IMG/VR virus record: IMGVR_UViG_3300021964_009390
Location: 124,001-188,000 of that record
DNA: 64,000 bases
Reading direction: 5' to 3' (one strand)
Made by a program: the position numbers and the translations under genes. The stretch's first letter is position 1. Every line of letters starts with the position of its first letter. Positions 49,247 through 59,341 of this stretch are shown piece by piece. Below the pieces are notes generated by a model. The model was not told the origin of the DNA and did no database searches. It worked only from the letters and a program-made list of their open reading frames with translations.

Positions 49247-50569
49247 ATGATAGGTATAGACGAGCAGTTATTTGAGCACGTGCTCATATACAACTGTATG
49301 ACAGATGAAAGGTATCTAGCTAGTGTGATAGATTATCTCAAACCGGAGCATATCAAAGACTCTAACATTAAGCAGACATACAATTTGTTAGTAGACTTTT
49401 ACAATGATCACAGTGAGTTACCAAGCTCTACAGAAATTAAAACACGTTGTGATAATGACGATTTAAAAGCCGCAGTCCGGATCACTGTGAGTTACATCAA
49501 GAATATCGATAAAAACTATAATAAAGATGAATTGTATAAAAACACAGAACAGTTCATTAAGGAACGTGCAGTGTATAGTACCTTGATGGAGGTTGTAGAT
49601 CAAGGCTCTTCCGGGAGTTTAGAGCCGGCAGATCTATTAACTAAATTTGAATCTGCATGTAACATTAATTTGAATGTTGATGTAGGTGTAAATTATTTTG
49701 AAGATATCGACCGGCATGTAGACGATATAAATAGAGAAGAGAAGTACGTGAGTACCGGTTGGCAATGGCTTGATAAAAAACTCAATGGGGGTTTTGTAGA
49801 AACTGGCCGGGCATTGTATGTTTTCGCTGGAGAGACTAATGTAGGTAAAAGTATATTGCTAGGTAATATAGCTACTAACTTATGTAAGCAGGGTAAAAAT
49901 GTGTTGTTAGTTTCATTAGAAATGTCAGAGATGCTATACTCTAAGAGGTTGAGCTCAAACATAGCACAGGTACCTATAAATGAGACTCATTTAAGTGTAG
50001 AATATTTGAAAGAATCTATTAAAAATTTTAAGAACACTCACAAAGATTGTTCTTTGATCGTCAAAGAGTTTCCTCCTAGTACCGTGACACCTCAACAACT
50101 AACAGCATATATTAATAAGTTATGCCAAACAGTGATGCGCCCAGACGCAATAGTACTAGATTATATCAACCTGTTGAAAGGTCCACCTGGTACAAACAGT
50201 TATGAACAAATTAAAAAGGTAACTGAGAATGTAAGAGCCATGTCATATAAATTTGAATGCCCGGTCATCACCGCAACTCAGTTAAACCGTTCTGGTTACA
50301 ACGAGACTGACCCGGGATTGGATACAGTCGGAGAAAGTTATGGTATGGGAGCAACAGCAGATTGTGTGGTGAGTATATGGCAGCGAGATGAAGATGCTGA
50401 ATTGAATGTAATCAATTTAGGTATGATGAAAAACCGGTTCGGTCCTAACTTCGGTACATGTGCGATGGATATAGACTATGGTACTTTGACAGTCACAGAA
50501 CAAGAAAACGTGAACGAAACAGAACAGATGAATGAAACTATCGGTACCCTATCTATATTGAGCAATTAA
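49247..50569 (+). CDS. gp41: replicative DnaB-like helicase gp41
   Basis: GETNVGKS, SLEM, VKEFP, DYINL, TATQLNR, ESYG..ATAD, KNRFG. Confidence 0.95.
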   Translation: MIGIDEQLFEHVLIYNCMTDERYLASVIDYLKPEHIKDSNIKQTYNLLVDFYNDHSELPSSTEIKTRCDNDDLKAAVRITVSYIKNIDKNYNKDELYKNTEQFIKERAVYSTLMEVVDQGSSGSLEPADLLTKFESACNINLNVDVGVNYFEDIDRHVDDINREEKYVSTGWQWLDKKLNGGFVETGRALYVFAGETNVGKSILLGNIATNLCKQGKNVLLVSLEMSEMLYSKRLSSNIAQVPINETHLSVEYLKESIKNFKNTHKDCSLIVKEFPPSTVTPQQLTAYINKLCQTVMRPDAIVLDYINLLKGPPGTNSYEQIKKVTENVRAMSYKFECPVITATQLNRSGYNETDPGLDTVGESYGMGATADCVVSIWQRDEDAELNVINLGMMKNRFGPNFGTCAMDIDYGTLTVTEQENVNETEQMNETIGTLSILSN

Positions 50570-50654
50570 TTTAAAACTAACAACCATTAAACAGACATCT
50601 GAAACAAAAGCAAAAGATTTAATAAATACACTAAAGAATGATTACAAATAACAA

Positions 50655-51311
50655 ATGAACCTGTATAGATTAGCAGATTTTATTAGATATAACATGCAAG
50701 AGGGTCTAGGTTTTAAAGGTAGTATTGCAGAAGAATACTTAAAACGTAATACAAAATACAAAAATGAAGGTGATGTAAACTTTGAACTGTTGAGAAGTAT
50801 TGTGAATAGTAGAAAAAAACCTCCGGAACAAGACACTGTATCAATACATGCTAGATTAGGCGATATACTAAGTCCTCGGAATGCCAATTATATCTCAATG
50901 AACAATCTACCATCGTTCCCAGACATTATATTAAAACATAATTTACATAAAAAATATAAAAACTGTTCTATATATTATGGTAATCATAAAATAGGAACAC
51001 CAGGTGTAGCAAACGTTGATAAATCAAAGACCATTTTAAATAACATTGTGACTAATCTAAGCAATATGGGTCTAGATACAAAAATTATATCAAATTCTGC
51101 TGATGAAGATTTTATATCTTTATCAACATGTCTCTGCTACATTTCCGGTATCAGAGGTTTCGGATGGTTGTCTGCTTCAATAAACCCAAACACAGTTTAT
51201 TGGGATAATCACAACATACCAAATTTTTCGTGGGAAAGATACCCTGAACAACAAATAAAAAAATCTCTAATGAAGGGATATAATTACCACCTATCAATTA
51301 AAACAACATAG
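50655..51311 (+). CDS. putative fucosyltransferase-like (GT11-type motif) protein
   Basis: SIHARLGD (HxRxGD) and ADEDF..LS.....GFGW. Confidence 0.5.
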   Translation: MNLYRLADFIRYNMQEGLGFKGSIAEEYLKRNTKYKNEGDVNFELLRSIVNSRKKPPEQDTVSIHARLGDILSPRNANYISMNNLPSFPDIILKHNLHKKYKNCSIYYGNHKIGTPGVANVDKSKTILNNIVTNLSNMGLDTKIISNSADEDFISLSTCLCYISGIRGFGWLSASINPNTVYWDNHNIPNFSWERYPEQQIKKSLMKGYNYHLSIKTT

Positions 51312-52201
51312 TGAAGAACATTGTATTTACAGATGCAGATTTAGACGGTAGCATGAGCTACATGTTACTAAACTGGTGCGCGAACAATAAGCTACCGTAC
51401 AAAGTAACCACTGTTACTAAATTTCATGATGATTATACTGCATGGTCTAGAAAAAATGACCCAACTACATATAACAAGATTATAATTCTGGACCTAGACG
51501 TGAGTCAGCACTCTTTGGTTTTAGTAGATCAACCAAACGTGACCATTGTAGATCATCACCTGACCCATGTTGCAAACAAAGACAAATATAAACAGGCCCG
51601 AACATACATCCAAGAGTACCCTAGCTGCGCTAAATTGATATACAAATTGTACAAGCACACTCTAGATGATAAAATGAGCAATCATATGAAAAAATTGTTG
51701 TTACTTGTTGACGACTATGACAGCTGGACACATCAATACCCGCATAGTAAAAAATTAAATTATGTATTCTGGAATTACCAAGGAGATCGGTTAGAGAAAT
51801 TCATGAAAGATTTTGGAACCGGGTTCAAGGGATTTACTCCCGCACATGGAAAGACCATAGAGTTTTACGAAAAAAAATTGCAAAAAGTGACCAGTAACCT
51901 GGTATATCACCATGCGGATGTGAGTATACAAAAACAAAAATGTAAATGTATATGCACCTTCGCTAACAGTCTTATAAGTGATATTGGTAATCATTTAATT
52001 GATGATAAAGGCGCTGACATAGGATTTGTTGTAAATCCTGATTCAAACAGAGTAAGTATACGTAAGAATAAAAATTGCAGTGTCGATGTAGGTAAATTGG
52101 CTAAACTATTAATAGATGGAGGTGGTCATGACGCAGCAGCAGGGGGTGTATGTACAGAGACTTTTTTACAATTCAGCAAAAAGTTTCAACCAGTAGAATA
52201 A
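51311..52201 (+). CDS. DHH/DHHA1 phosphoesterase
   Basis: DADLDG, LD, DHH, GGGHDAAAG. Confidence 0.88.
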   Translation: MKNIVFTDADLDGSMSYMLLNWCANNKLPYKVTTVTKFHDDYTAWSRKNDPTTYNKIIILDLDVSQHSLVLVDQPNVTIVDHHLTHVANKDKYKQARTYIQEYPSCAKLIYKLYKHTLDDKMSNHMKKLLLLVDDYDSWTHQYPHSKKLNYVFWNYQGDRLEKFMKDFGTGFKGFTPAHGKTIEFYEKKLQKVTSNLVYHHADVSIQKQKCKCICTFANSLISDIGNHLIDDKGADIGFVVNPDSNRVSIRKNKNCSVDVGKLAKLLIDGGGHDAAAGGVCTETFLQFSKKFQPVE

Positions 52202-52497
52202 TGAACATGTATAGAGACAGTACAGTCGATCCGGTGCAGTCTCTGTATGATAAGGATTTAGAACATACATTTTATAGTTTTTGCAGTTTTGTATGTATGT
52301 CAACAAACAAAAAACAAAACATAGCTAATATATTTTTATATGTATTGGAGAATCAAGAAATTTTAAACCTATACATGGAACTAGGAGACCACTCAACAAA
52401 GTATGACGCCATCCGGAGTTTTTTAACTATTGAACCATCTTTACAAAAAAGCAAATATATAAAAAGATATATAAACAAAAACGTTGAAACAAATTAA
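52201..52497 (+). CDS. hypothetical protein
   Basis: ORF coupled to the DHH stop. Confidence 0.6.
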   Translation: MNMYRDSTVDPVQSLYDKDLEHTFYSFCSFVCMSTNKKQNIANIFLYVLENQEILNLYMELGDHSTKYDAIRSFLTIEPSLQKSKYIKRYINKNVETN

Positions 52498-52512
52498 ACA
52501 ATATACTATAAT
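52484..52512 (+). promoter_or_regulatory. sigma70-type promoter TTGAAA-17-TATAAT, 14 nt upstream of the gp32 ATG
   Basis: Read directly from the sequence. Confidence 0.75.
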
Positions 52513-52526
52513 AAGAAAATAAAATT

Positions 52527-53414
52527 ATGAGCACATTCACAACAAGCATGTTCGATTCTATCAAAGAATCACTTTCGAAAGCACCATCATCCGGATTCAA
52601 GGATGTTTTAAGATTCAAACCAGGTACCTCGTGTGAGTTGAGGCTGTTACCTAATGTAAAAAAACCTCAAAATACATTTTACCATTACTACACATATGGC
52701 TGGGAAAGCTTCGCAACTGGTCAATATATAAATGTGGTGTCACCGCAAACTGTAGGAGAACGATGCCCAGTATCAGAGGCACGTTATCAACTCCGGCAAC
52801 GAGGCGGTGCTGAAGAGCAAGAAAAATCCAGCAAGGTTTTGAGGAGAGAGCAATGGCTAGTCAACACATATGTTATAAGTCACAATGAAGAACCAGAAAA
52901 CAATGACAGTGTAAAAATCTTAAGATACGGTAAACAATTACACAAGATTATAACTGATGCAATTGAAGGAGAAGATGCAGACCAATTTGGTGCTAAAGTA
53001 TTTGATCTGTCTGATGAAGGGTGTACTTTTCGAGTAAAATGCGACAAACAAGGTGATTTTCCAACATATGTCGCTAGTAAATTTTTGATTCCTGGATCAA
53101 TCGCCGGACTGGCCCCAGCAGATCATGAAAAAATATATGAACAGGTACATGAACTTGACGATGTGTTTCCTATAAAATCGTATGATGAAATACAAGAAAT
53201 TGTAGATGAACATTTGTACTGCCGGAGTACAACTTCAGTCACTGTAGCGACAGAGTCAGTGTCAAAAACAACAAGTGATACAGACACTGACCTTGATGAA
53301 GATGTCCCTATGGACTTTCCGGAAAAAGAGACACCGAAACAGTCTAAAAAGAAAGAACCGGAAGTTGATATAGACATACCAGATGATTTGTTAGAAGGTT
53401 TGGATGATCTGTAA
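52527..53414 (+). CDS. gp32: single-stranded DNA-binding protein gp32
   Basis: RLLP, CPV, N.YV, KILRYGKQL..II, FD...G.TF, Y.S.F; acidic tail DDLLEGLDDL. Confidence 0.85.
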   Translation: MSTFTTSMFDSIKESLSKAPSSGFKDVLRFKPGTSCELRLLPNVKKPQNTFYHYYTYGWESFATGQYINVVSPQTVGERCPVSEARYQLRQRGGAEEQEKSSKVLRREQWLVNTYVISHNEEPENNDSVKILRYGKQLHKIITDAIEGEDADQFGAKVFDLSDEGCTFRVKCDKQGDFPTYVASKFLIPGSIAGLAPADHEKIYEQVHELDDVFPIKSYDEIQEIVDEHLYCRSTTSVTVATESVSKTTSDTDTDLDEDVPMDFPEKETPKQSKKKEPEVDIDIPDDLLEGLDDL

Positions 53415-54073
53415 TGGCTGAAAAAACTGATAAAAAACCACCGGTAGAATCTACACCACCGGAACCTAAGCTCCATCCAGAACCACCACCAGTAGGAGCT
53501 GCAGAGCAAAACGGGTACCGGAAAGCGAGGGAAAATATATCTACTCCAGAAGATGTACAGTTAATTGAAAATTTTATCGGTACAATTTATGGAGATGCAA
53601 AACGTATTGACAAAGCTAACATAGGTAGTAATCAGTTTACACAAGGTTTAAAGTTTGATGCTAAAAAACAAATTTTAGATGTACGTAACACAGTAAGTAC
53701 TTCACCAAATCAAGCAAACCCACCCACCATGCCAAGCAATTCTACACCACCACCTGTACAACCACAGCAAGCAATGCCCTTACCACTAGTCCCGGGTCAA
53801 CAAATAGATTTCCCACCACAGCAATCTGTAGCATCTCCTGGTGACTCTTTGATACTCAAACACGAAATCGATCAGATCAAAGAACAAGTGAAAGAGATAA
53901 AAAAATTGTACGACGAATTTTTCAAATTGAAAGTGGTCAAAGGTAAATGGGTTATAAAAACTAAAGAAAAAGAACAAACCGCGCCCAGTGTAGCCAAAGC
54001 GTGGAACATTATAAATAAACTGTTGCGTAACAAAACAACCGATATTAATATAGTTTATACAGAAAATGAATAA
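53414..54073 (+). CDS. hypothetical Pro/Gln-rich protein
   Basis: 219-aa coupled ORF. Confidence 0.65.
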   Translation: MAEKTDKKPPVESTPPEPKLHPEPPPVGAAEQNGYRKARENISTPEDVQLIENFIGTIYGDAKRIDKANIGSNQFTQGLKFDAKKQILDVRNTVSTSPNQANPPTMPSNSTPPPVQPQQAMPLPLVPGQQIDFPPQQSVASPGDSLILKHEIDQIKEQVKEIKKLYDEFFKLKVVKGKWVIKTKEKEQTAPSVAKAWNIINKLLRNKTTDINIVYTENE

Positions 54074-54797
54074 ACTATTAATTGACGATACATCGTGTTT
54101 TGTAAACACGTTTTTGTCATCTATAACTAAAGTAACTGAAGATTGTATTTTAGATATAACAGATGACAAATTCACATGCTTGAGCGCCACATCTGACGGT
54201 ACGCTAGTACAACTAGTTGAGATGCATAATGACAATAAATTCATACAGACATGCAACATTCCAGATATAAAGAGATTACATAAAATATTGGGGTGTGTAC
54301 CACAGGAATTACCAACTGAACTCAAAGTCACACAAAACAGTATATCGTACAGTTCATCCGCCACTAGATTTAAATTTTATCTACTAGAGGATGGAATATT
54401 ATCCACCCCTGCTGTAAGTGTAGAAAAAATAAAAAAACTAGAATATGATATAGAATTTACTGTACCATATGACAAATTGACAGAGCTAGTCAAAGGTAGT
54501 ACATTTTCAAACGAAACTGAAAAGATGTACATATACACTGACGAGAACAATTCTGTGTATGGGGAGTTGACCGATCGAGAAAAGCCTAATGTAGACAGCT
54601 TTGCAGTACAATTACATCAAGGAATAGACAACTCCATATCCCCATTACCATTTAATTTTGAAAACATTCGAATATTGAGCAGCTCTAGATGTAATGAATA
54701 TAAATTTTCAATAAACTCTCAATTAGGTGTAGTGAAAGTGGATATATCACGTAACAAGTGCTATATATCTTATATAATTTCAACACTATTAAAGTAA
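54066..54797 (+). CDS. gp45: sliding clamp gp45-like
   Basis: 243 aa, two-domain beta-rich pattern, replication-module position. Confidence 0.6.
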   Translation: MNKLLIDDTSCFVNTFLSSITKVTEDCILDITDDKFTCLSATSDGTLVQLVEMHNDNKFIQTCNIPDIKRLHKILGCVPQELPTELKVTQNSISYSSSATRFKFYLLEDGILSTPAVSVEKIKKLEYDIEFTVPYDKLTELVKGSTFSNETEKMYIYTDENNSVYGELTDREKPNVDSFAVQLHQGIDNSISPLPFNFENIRILSSSRCNEYKFSINSQLGVVKVDISRNKCYISYIISTLLK

Positions 54798-54800
54798 GCG

Positions 54801-55160
54801 ATGAAAGTAAGAAACAATTTGTACACCCCTAGTTATTTCATGAAACGTATGAAAGACAATGGTTATGGTATATGGAAAGTGTTTGACAAATACGGTCCAC
54901 ACGACAGCAGATACTGGACCATGTTGATCGACCCTGGAGGGTTCTCGGTATGGGTCACATGTTATTTTAATAAAGAGGAGTTGAATGATGTGTATTTTGA
55001 ACTGGACGATGGTGGTAACCGAATACCTAAAAAATTGCTGATAAAAACCGCTAGTATTGAAACAATAATATCCAATTTAATGAAATTTGGTATAGATAAT
55101 GAGACAAAGTTTGATTCTTCTATTATGGATATAAATAATCTCAATGACGCGAGAAAATAA
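54801..55160 (+). CDS. hypothetical protein
   Basis: 119-aa ORF. Confidence 0.65.
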   Translation: MKVRNNLYTPSYFMKRMKDNGYGIWKVFDKYGPHDSRYWTMLIDPGGFSVWVTCYFNKEELNDVYFELDDGGNRIPKKLLIKTASIETIISNLMKFGIDNETKFDSSIMDINNLNDARK

Positions 55161-55482
55161 CAGAGGAGATGACAAAAAAAAGAGTACCCAACCGGACAAA
55201 TCTGAAGAGTTATCTAAACAGTTTGACGACGCGTTGACCAATTTTTTAAAAAACCAAGCTAAAACCAAAAACAAATCTCTAAAAAATTACAAATCATTAG
55301 AAAATTTATTAAACCAATATTTAAACAGTTTCATATTGATAGGGTACACACAAGACACTAGACAGTTTATAAGTTTAGTGAACGCTAAAAATGAGCAACA
55401 TGCTGATTCGTTAAGTACCGCATTGAATAAATTTATTGTAAAAAACGCGCAAATTAAAAATATACCACCCGATATATACTGA
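55144..55482 (+). CDS. hypothetical late protein
   Basis: TATAAATA 6 nt upstream. Confidence 0.65.
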   Translation: MTRENNRGDDKKKSTQPDKSEELSKQFDDALTNFLKNQAKTKNKSLKNYKSLENLLNQYLNSFILIGYTQDTRQFISLVNAKNEQHADSLSTALNKFIVKNAQIKNIPPDIY

Positions 55483-56456
55483 TGAAAAAAATTGCAATCT
55501 TCGGTCAAGGCTATGTAGGTACACAGCTAGAAGAATCCGCTCCACAACATGGTGCTCGAGCTTCTCATAATGATCTTGAAAATGTGTATGAAATAAAAAC
55601 ATATACTAAAAAAGAACACAAATACCACAAAGCTGAAAAATTTATAAAAATTTTAAACCAATTCAAACCGGATTATGTAATCAATGCATGTGGATACACG
55701 GGTCGACCTAATGTAGATGCATGCGAAACCGACAAGCAAAATTGCTGGAACCTTAATGTGAATTTACCGGTAACTATGTCTACTATATGCAGAACATATG
55801 ATATACCCTTCATACACATAAGTAGCGGTTGTGTATATACAGGATACGATAAACATTATACAGAAGAAGATCCCCCTAATTTTGGCATGGGCTCTACAGT
55901 AAGTAGTTGGTATAGTAAAACAAAGCATGCTGCAGAAATGCAGTTACAAGACGCTTATGTGTTTCGTATCCGCATGCCATTCTGTAACAATAACCATGAG
56001 AGGAATTTCCTCAACAAAGTATTGAAATATGACCGGTTGATTGAATATAAGAATTCCATGACCTCTATTCCAGACTTCATGCGTTTTGTATGGAGATTTA
56101 TTCACAGAATGGAGCTACAAAACACAGTAGACCTGCAACAATTACCCGGTGAAATGACTCCAGGTATTTACAACGTCTGCAACCCGGGAGCTATATCCAT
56201 AAGCGATGTAGTTGAACTATTTAAACAGAACGGGATATCTAACTGCAACTGGTCATTTGTTGATATGGAATCTCTATCGTTAAAAGCGAATCGTTCCAAC
56301 TGCTTATTAGATTGTTCTAAAATAGACAGACTGGGACTAGGATTACCTCCCGCGATTGATAGCTTAACGACATGTGTACAAGAGCTTTGCAAAAAATTAT
56401 TATGGAAAACCGGATTGCAAGGACCTAAAACTGGTTTGGAGTGGCAAATAAGGTAA
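55482..56456 (+). CDS. NDP-4-keto-6-deoxyglucose epimerase/reductase (RmlD / NRS-ER-like)
   Basis: G.GYVG, GYTGRPNVDACE, SSGCVY, YSKTK, RIRMP, NSMT, RSNC.LD. Confidence 0.8.
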   Translation: MKKIAIFGQGYVGTQLEESAPQHGARASHNDLENVYEIKTYTKKEHKYHKAEKFIKILNQFKPDYVINACGYTGRPNVDACETDKQNCWNLNVNLPVTMSTICRTYDIPFIHISSGCVYTGYDKHYTEEDPPNFGMGSTVSSWYSKTKHAAEMQLQDAYVFRIRMPFCNNNHERNFLNKVLKYDRLIEYKNSMTSIPDFMRFVWRFIHRMELQNTVDLQQLPGEMTPGIYNVCNPGAISISDVVELFKQNGISNCNWSFVDMESLSLKANRSNCLLDCSKIDRLGLGLPPAIDSLTTCVQELCKKLLWKTGLQGPKTGLEWQIR

Positions 56457-56701
56457 AAATTCACCCCGGTCAGCTGTATGCCGTAACCGCAGGTGACTAT
56501 TTTGGTTGTAATATAGTGTGTATCAACGTACACAATAATAGTGTCATGTTTTTGGAGTTAAACGAGATGAAAAACATGGATATAGACAAGTCAGATGTAA
56601 CATCTGGAGTGGCTCACGGTGTTTTAGAGTTGCTAGATACACTACCAGACGATATAATGGATACATGTATAAAGCAATATGAAAAAAACACTAATAATTG
56701 A
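56441..56701 (+). CDS. hypothetical protein
   Basis: 86-aa coupled ORF. Confidence 0.55.
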   Translation: MANKVKIHPGQLYAVTAGDYFGCNIVCINVHNNSVMFLELNEMKNMDIDKSDVTSGVAHGVLELLDTLPDDIMDTCIKQYEKNTNN

Positions 56702-57590
56702 CAGTAATAATTTACTTTACAGAATATTTTACATGAACCGGGCCCGAGGTACCGATGTAAACACCTTGCTTGTGTTTCTACGATGCTTGAAATCATATGT
56801 TGATTTAATTGATGGTGCAGACAATATCATCGCAGTGTGGGACAGCCGGTTATGTCGAGGTGAACCAAACTTTCGCCGCGTTTCCAAGCAAGCTGATTAC
56901 AAAGGGAACCGAAACCATGACGGTCTAGAAGAAGCTCATGCATATGATGAGCAGATACAGCAATGTGTAGAGGCGTTGGGTGGAATCAACATGTTTCCTA
57001 GACGTATGGAAGCCGACGATGTTATAGCGTGGATAGCTCATAACAATCCGGACGAAAAAATTACTATTGTGTCCGTAGACCAGGACATGTACCAACTCAT
57101 AACAGACAATGTGTCAGTGTATACACCAATTAAAAAAGTTATTGTGAACAATAACAATTTTGAACAAATCACCGGTGTTACGAAAGATAATTTTATAAAA
57201 TATAAGGCACTCATAGGAGACAAATCTGACAACATCCCTGGTGTCCCTAGAGTGGGTAAAAAAACCGCGCAAAAATTGATAACAGAAGGTATTGAAAACA
57301 AGCTATCTGAAGAGAATTTAAAGATATATCATAAAAATATAGAGTTGATGGATCTCGCGCATGGTTACACAGTACATGATCACGAAATTGAAAGCTATCA
57401 AGAACAATTTTCACATATAAATGACAACCACCCGGATAAAACTAAATTCAAACAATTATGCATACATAACGCGGTGTATGCGATATCTAACGACATTGAC
57501 AATTGGTTTTCAACATTCTCTACACCACAAAACAATGTACCAAACGTCGTGAGCATGATCAATAGCTTGAATCTACATAAAAATACATAA
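56679..57590 (+). CDS. rnh: RNase H / 5'-3' exonuclease (T4 rnh-like)
   Basis: IDSNN, YKGNR, EADD, S.DQD..QL, GDKSDNIPGV..VG.KTA. Confidence 0.9.
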   Translation: MKKTLIIDSNNLLYRIFYMNRARGTDVNTLLVFLRCLKSYVDLIDGADNIIAVWDSRLCRGEPNFRRVSKQADYKGNRNHDGLEEAHAYDEQIQQCVEALGGINMFPRRMEADDVIAWIAHNNPDEKITIVSVDQDMYQLITDNVSVYTPIKKVIVNNNNFEQITGVTKDNFIKYKALIGDKSDNIPGVPRVGKKTAQKLITEGIENKLSEENLKIYHKNIELMDLAHGYTVHDHEIESYQEQFSHINDNHPDKTKFKQLCIHNAVYAISNDIDNWFSTFSTPQNNVPNVVSMINSLNLHKNT

Positions 57591-57600
57591 ATAACTTTAC

Positions 57601-57798
57601 ATGAGCGACGAAATAAAATATACTGACAGGGTAGAACCTCGAATGATCGCGTCACCGTATGATGGTAACACTGTGAAACCAAAATTGATCACTAAAGTGA
57701 TGAATGGTTATCAAATTACAGAAGCCCATTGGCATTGCCCGACTACTGGTAGATTCATTCAAAAAGGCACTGTTGAGATTAAAAAAATAAAAAAATAA
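57601..57798 (+). CDS. small late protein
   Basis: 65 aa; TAAATA 7 nt upstream. Confidence 0.65.
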   Translation: MSDEIKYTDRVEPRMIASPYDGNTVKPKLITKVMNGYQITEAHWHCPTTGRFIQKGTVEIKKIKK

Positions 57799-57806
57799 TT
57801 GTAGTG

Positions 57807-57835
57807 TTGCCAGGTAATATGTTGTAAGCTATAAT
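57807..57835 (+). promoter_or_regulatory. sigma70-type promoter TTGCCA-17-TATAAT, 6 nt upstream of the primase ATG
   Basis: Read directly from the sequence. Confidence 0.8.
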
Positions 57836-57841
57836 TCAACT

Positions 57842-58891
57842 ATGTTGAGTTTGTCTGATCAGTATGTTGTAGAGAAGTTTTGCCAATATGGTGGCTATCC
57901 ATCATTCAACAAACGATCAAACGCATGGATGGCTGGGTGCCCTATGTGTAGGGAAGGGAAGAGCTGGGGTAAGAAGCGGAGGTTGTACTACAAAATTGAC
58001 AAAAACTATTTATTTTGTTTCAATTGCGGGTGGAAAGGAGGGACAATCGAGTTTATAAAACATGTGACTGGTATGTCATTCAATGAGATAATGAATGAAA
58101 ACAACAACTATGATACGTCTGATGTTGTAGAAGTAGATTCAAAGAAACCATCTATCACCACCCCTAGCGAGACACTACCAGCTGATTCAATAAATTTATT
58201 CGACGATTCACAAACCAGCTGGTGGCTATCACAGCGGTCTGAAGATAGTAAAGTCATCCACGATTGTATAGATTATATAAAGACGCGAAAACTAAATGTG
58301 GCCATAAACAAACCAATGTCAATATGGGTCAGCTTGAGCGATTATACACATAAAAACAGACTGACATTGCCGTTCTATTCAACAGATGGAAAAATTATAT
58401 TCTATCAAACCAGAGCCATGTATAAAGATGAATCCAAGCCCAAGTATTTGAGTAAATCCGGAAGCGAAAAGAGTATTTTTAATATAAACAATATCGTGTC
58501 AGATGTTGACAACATATATTTATTTGAAGGACCAATAGATAGCTGTTTTGTCAAAAATGGTGTAGCAGTTGCCGGTGTTACAAATGGCCCGAGCCAAGAT
58601 TTGAACAGCTTGCAGCAGCAACAATTGAACGATTATAGATTGTATGGTAAAACTTGGGTGCTAGATTCACAATGGTTGGATGACACCAGTTTGCATAAGA
58701 CAAAAATGTTAGCAGATCAAGGTGAGCATGTGTTCATATGGCCTGAATCTATTGGTAGATCGTATAAGGATTTAAATGATTTGTGTACGAACAAAAATTT
58801 ACCAGGTATAGGTCACAAATTTGTAGACAGACACACCTACACGGGTATGAAAGCCAAGCTGATGCTCAAGACGATCAGCTCTAGTCGTTAG
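57842..58891 (+). CDS. gp61: DNA primase gp61
   Basis: CPMC...CFNCG Zn finger, KY, EGPIDS, KDLND. Confidence 0.92.
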   Translation: MLSLSDQYVVEKFCQYGGYPSFNKRSNAWMAGCPMCREGKSWGKKRRLYYKIDKNYLFCFNCGWKGGTIEFIKHVTGMSFNEIMNENNNYDTSDVVEVDSKKPSITTPSETLPADSINLFDDSQTSWWLSQRSEDSKVIHDCIDYIKTRKLNVAINKPMSIWVSLSDYTHKNRLTLPFYSTDGKIIFYQTRAMYKDESKPKYLSKSGSEKSIFNINNIVSDVDNIYLFEGPIDSCFVKNGVAVAGVTNGPSQDLNSLQQQQLNDYRLYGKTWVLDSQWLDDTSLHKTKMLADQGEHVFIWPESIGRSYKDLNDLCTNKNLPGIGHKFVDRHTYTGMKAKLMLKTISSSR

Positions 58892-59303
58892 AAATTAAAT
58901 AGCTTTTGAGACTCTCTGATAAGCTTCTCAAATCTTGAGCGATTCTACCAATTTTCTTAGTTTCACTCCGGGCAATATCGTCAAATATGGTGTCACATGG
59001 AGCATTGTTTATTTGAGAGTTGAGAGAACTCTCACCTAATCCGTTCAAATAATCTATAAATTCTTCAATCTTAACAACCCATCCTTCGATTTGACCAGCG
59101 TATTCAGCGTTTTGTTGTTTTTGCAACTCCTCCGCAGGGTTACCTCCAGGACTTGCCATCGGCGCGCCTTCAGGTGCCGGCTCTACATCTAACATCGATG
59201 GGTCCGTACCAGGGTCCATTTGATTTTGTGCTGCATCTGCATCAGTCAATTCTTCCTGTTCTGTAACTAATGTTGTAAAAAATCGGTCAGTAAATGTTTT
59301 CAT
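58881..59303 (-). CDS. acidic late protein, CTS-like N-terminus
   Basis: MKTFTDRFFTTLVTE; TATAAATA 9 nt upstream. Confidence 0.7.
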   Translation of the reverse strand: MKTFTDRFFTTLVTEQEELTDADAAQNQMDPGTDPSMLDVEPAPEGAPMASPGGNPAEELQKQQNAEYAGQIEGWVVKIEEFIDYLNGLGESSLNSQINNAPCDTIFDDIARSETKKIGRIAQDLRSLSESLKSYLISND

Positions 59304-59312
59304 ATTGATAAT

Positions 59313-59334
59313 TATTTATACTCCGATATAAATA
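59313..59334. promoter_or_regulatory. back-to-back late-type TATAAATA promoters
   Basis: TAAATA at 59313-18 (-) and 59329-34 (+), 9 and 7 nt before the divergent ATGs. Confidence 0.7.
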
Positions 59335-59341
59335 TAAACAG

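Noticed and set aside
53786-54364. 192-aa antisense ORF and the many other 60-140 aa shadow ORFs
   Set aside because: They lie opposite well-supported genes, with no motifs or promoters
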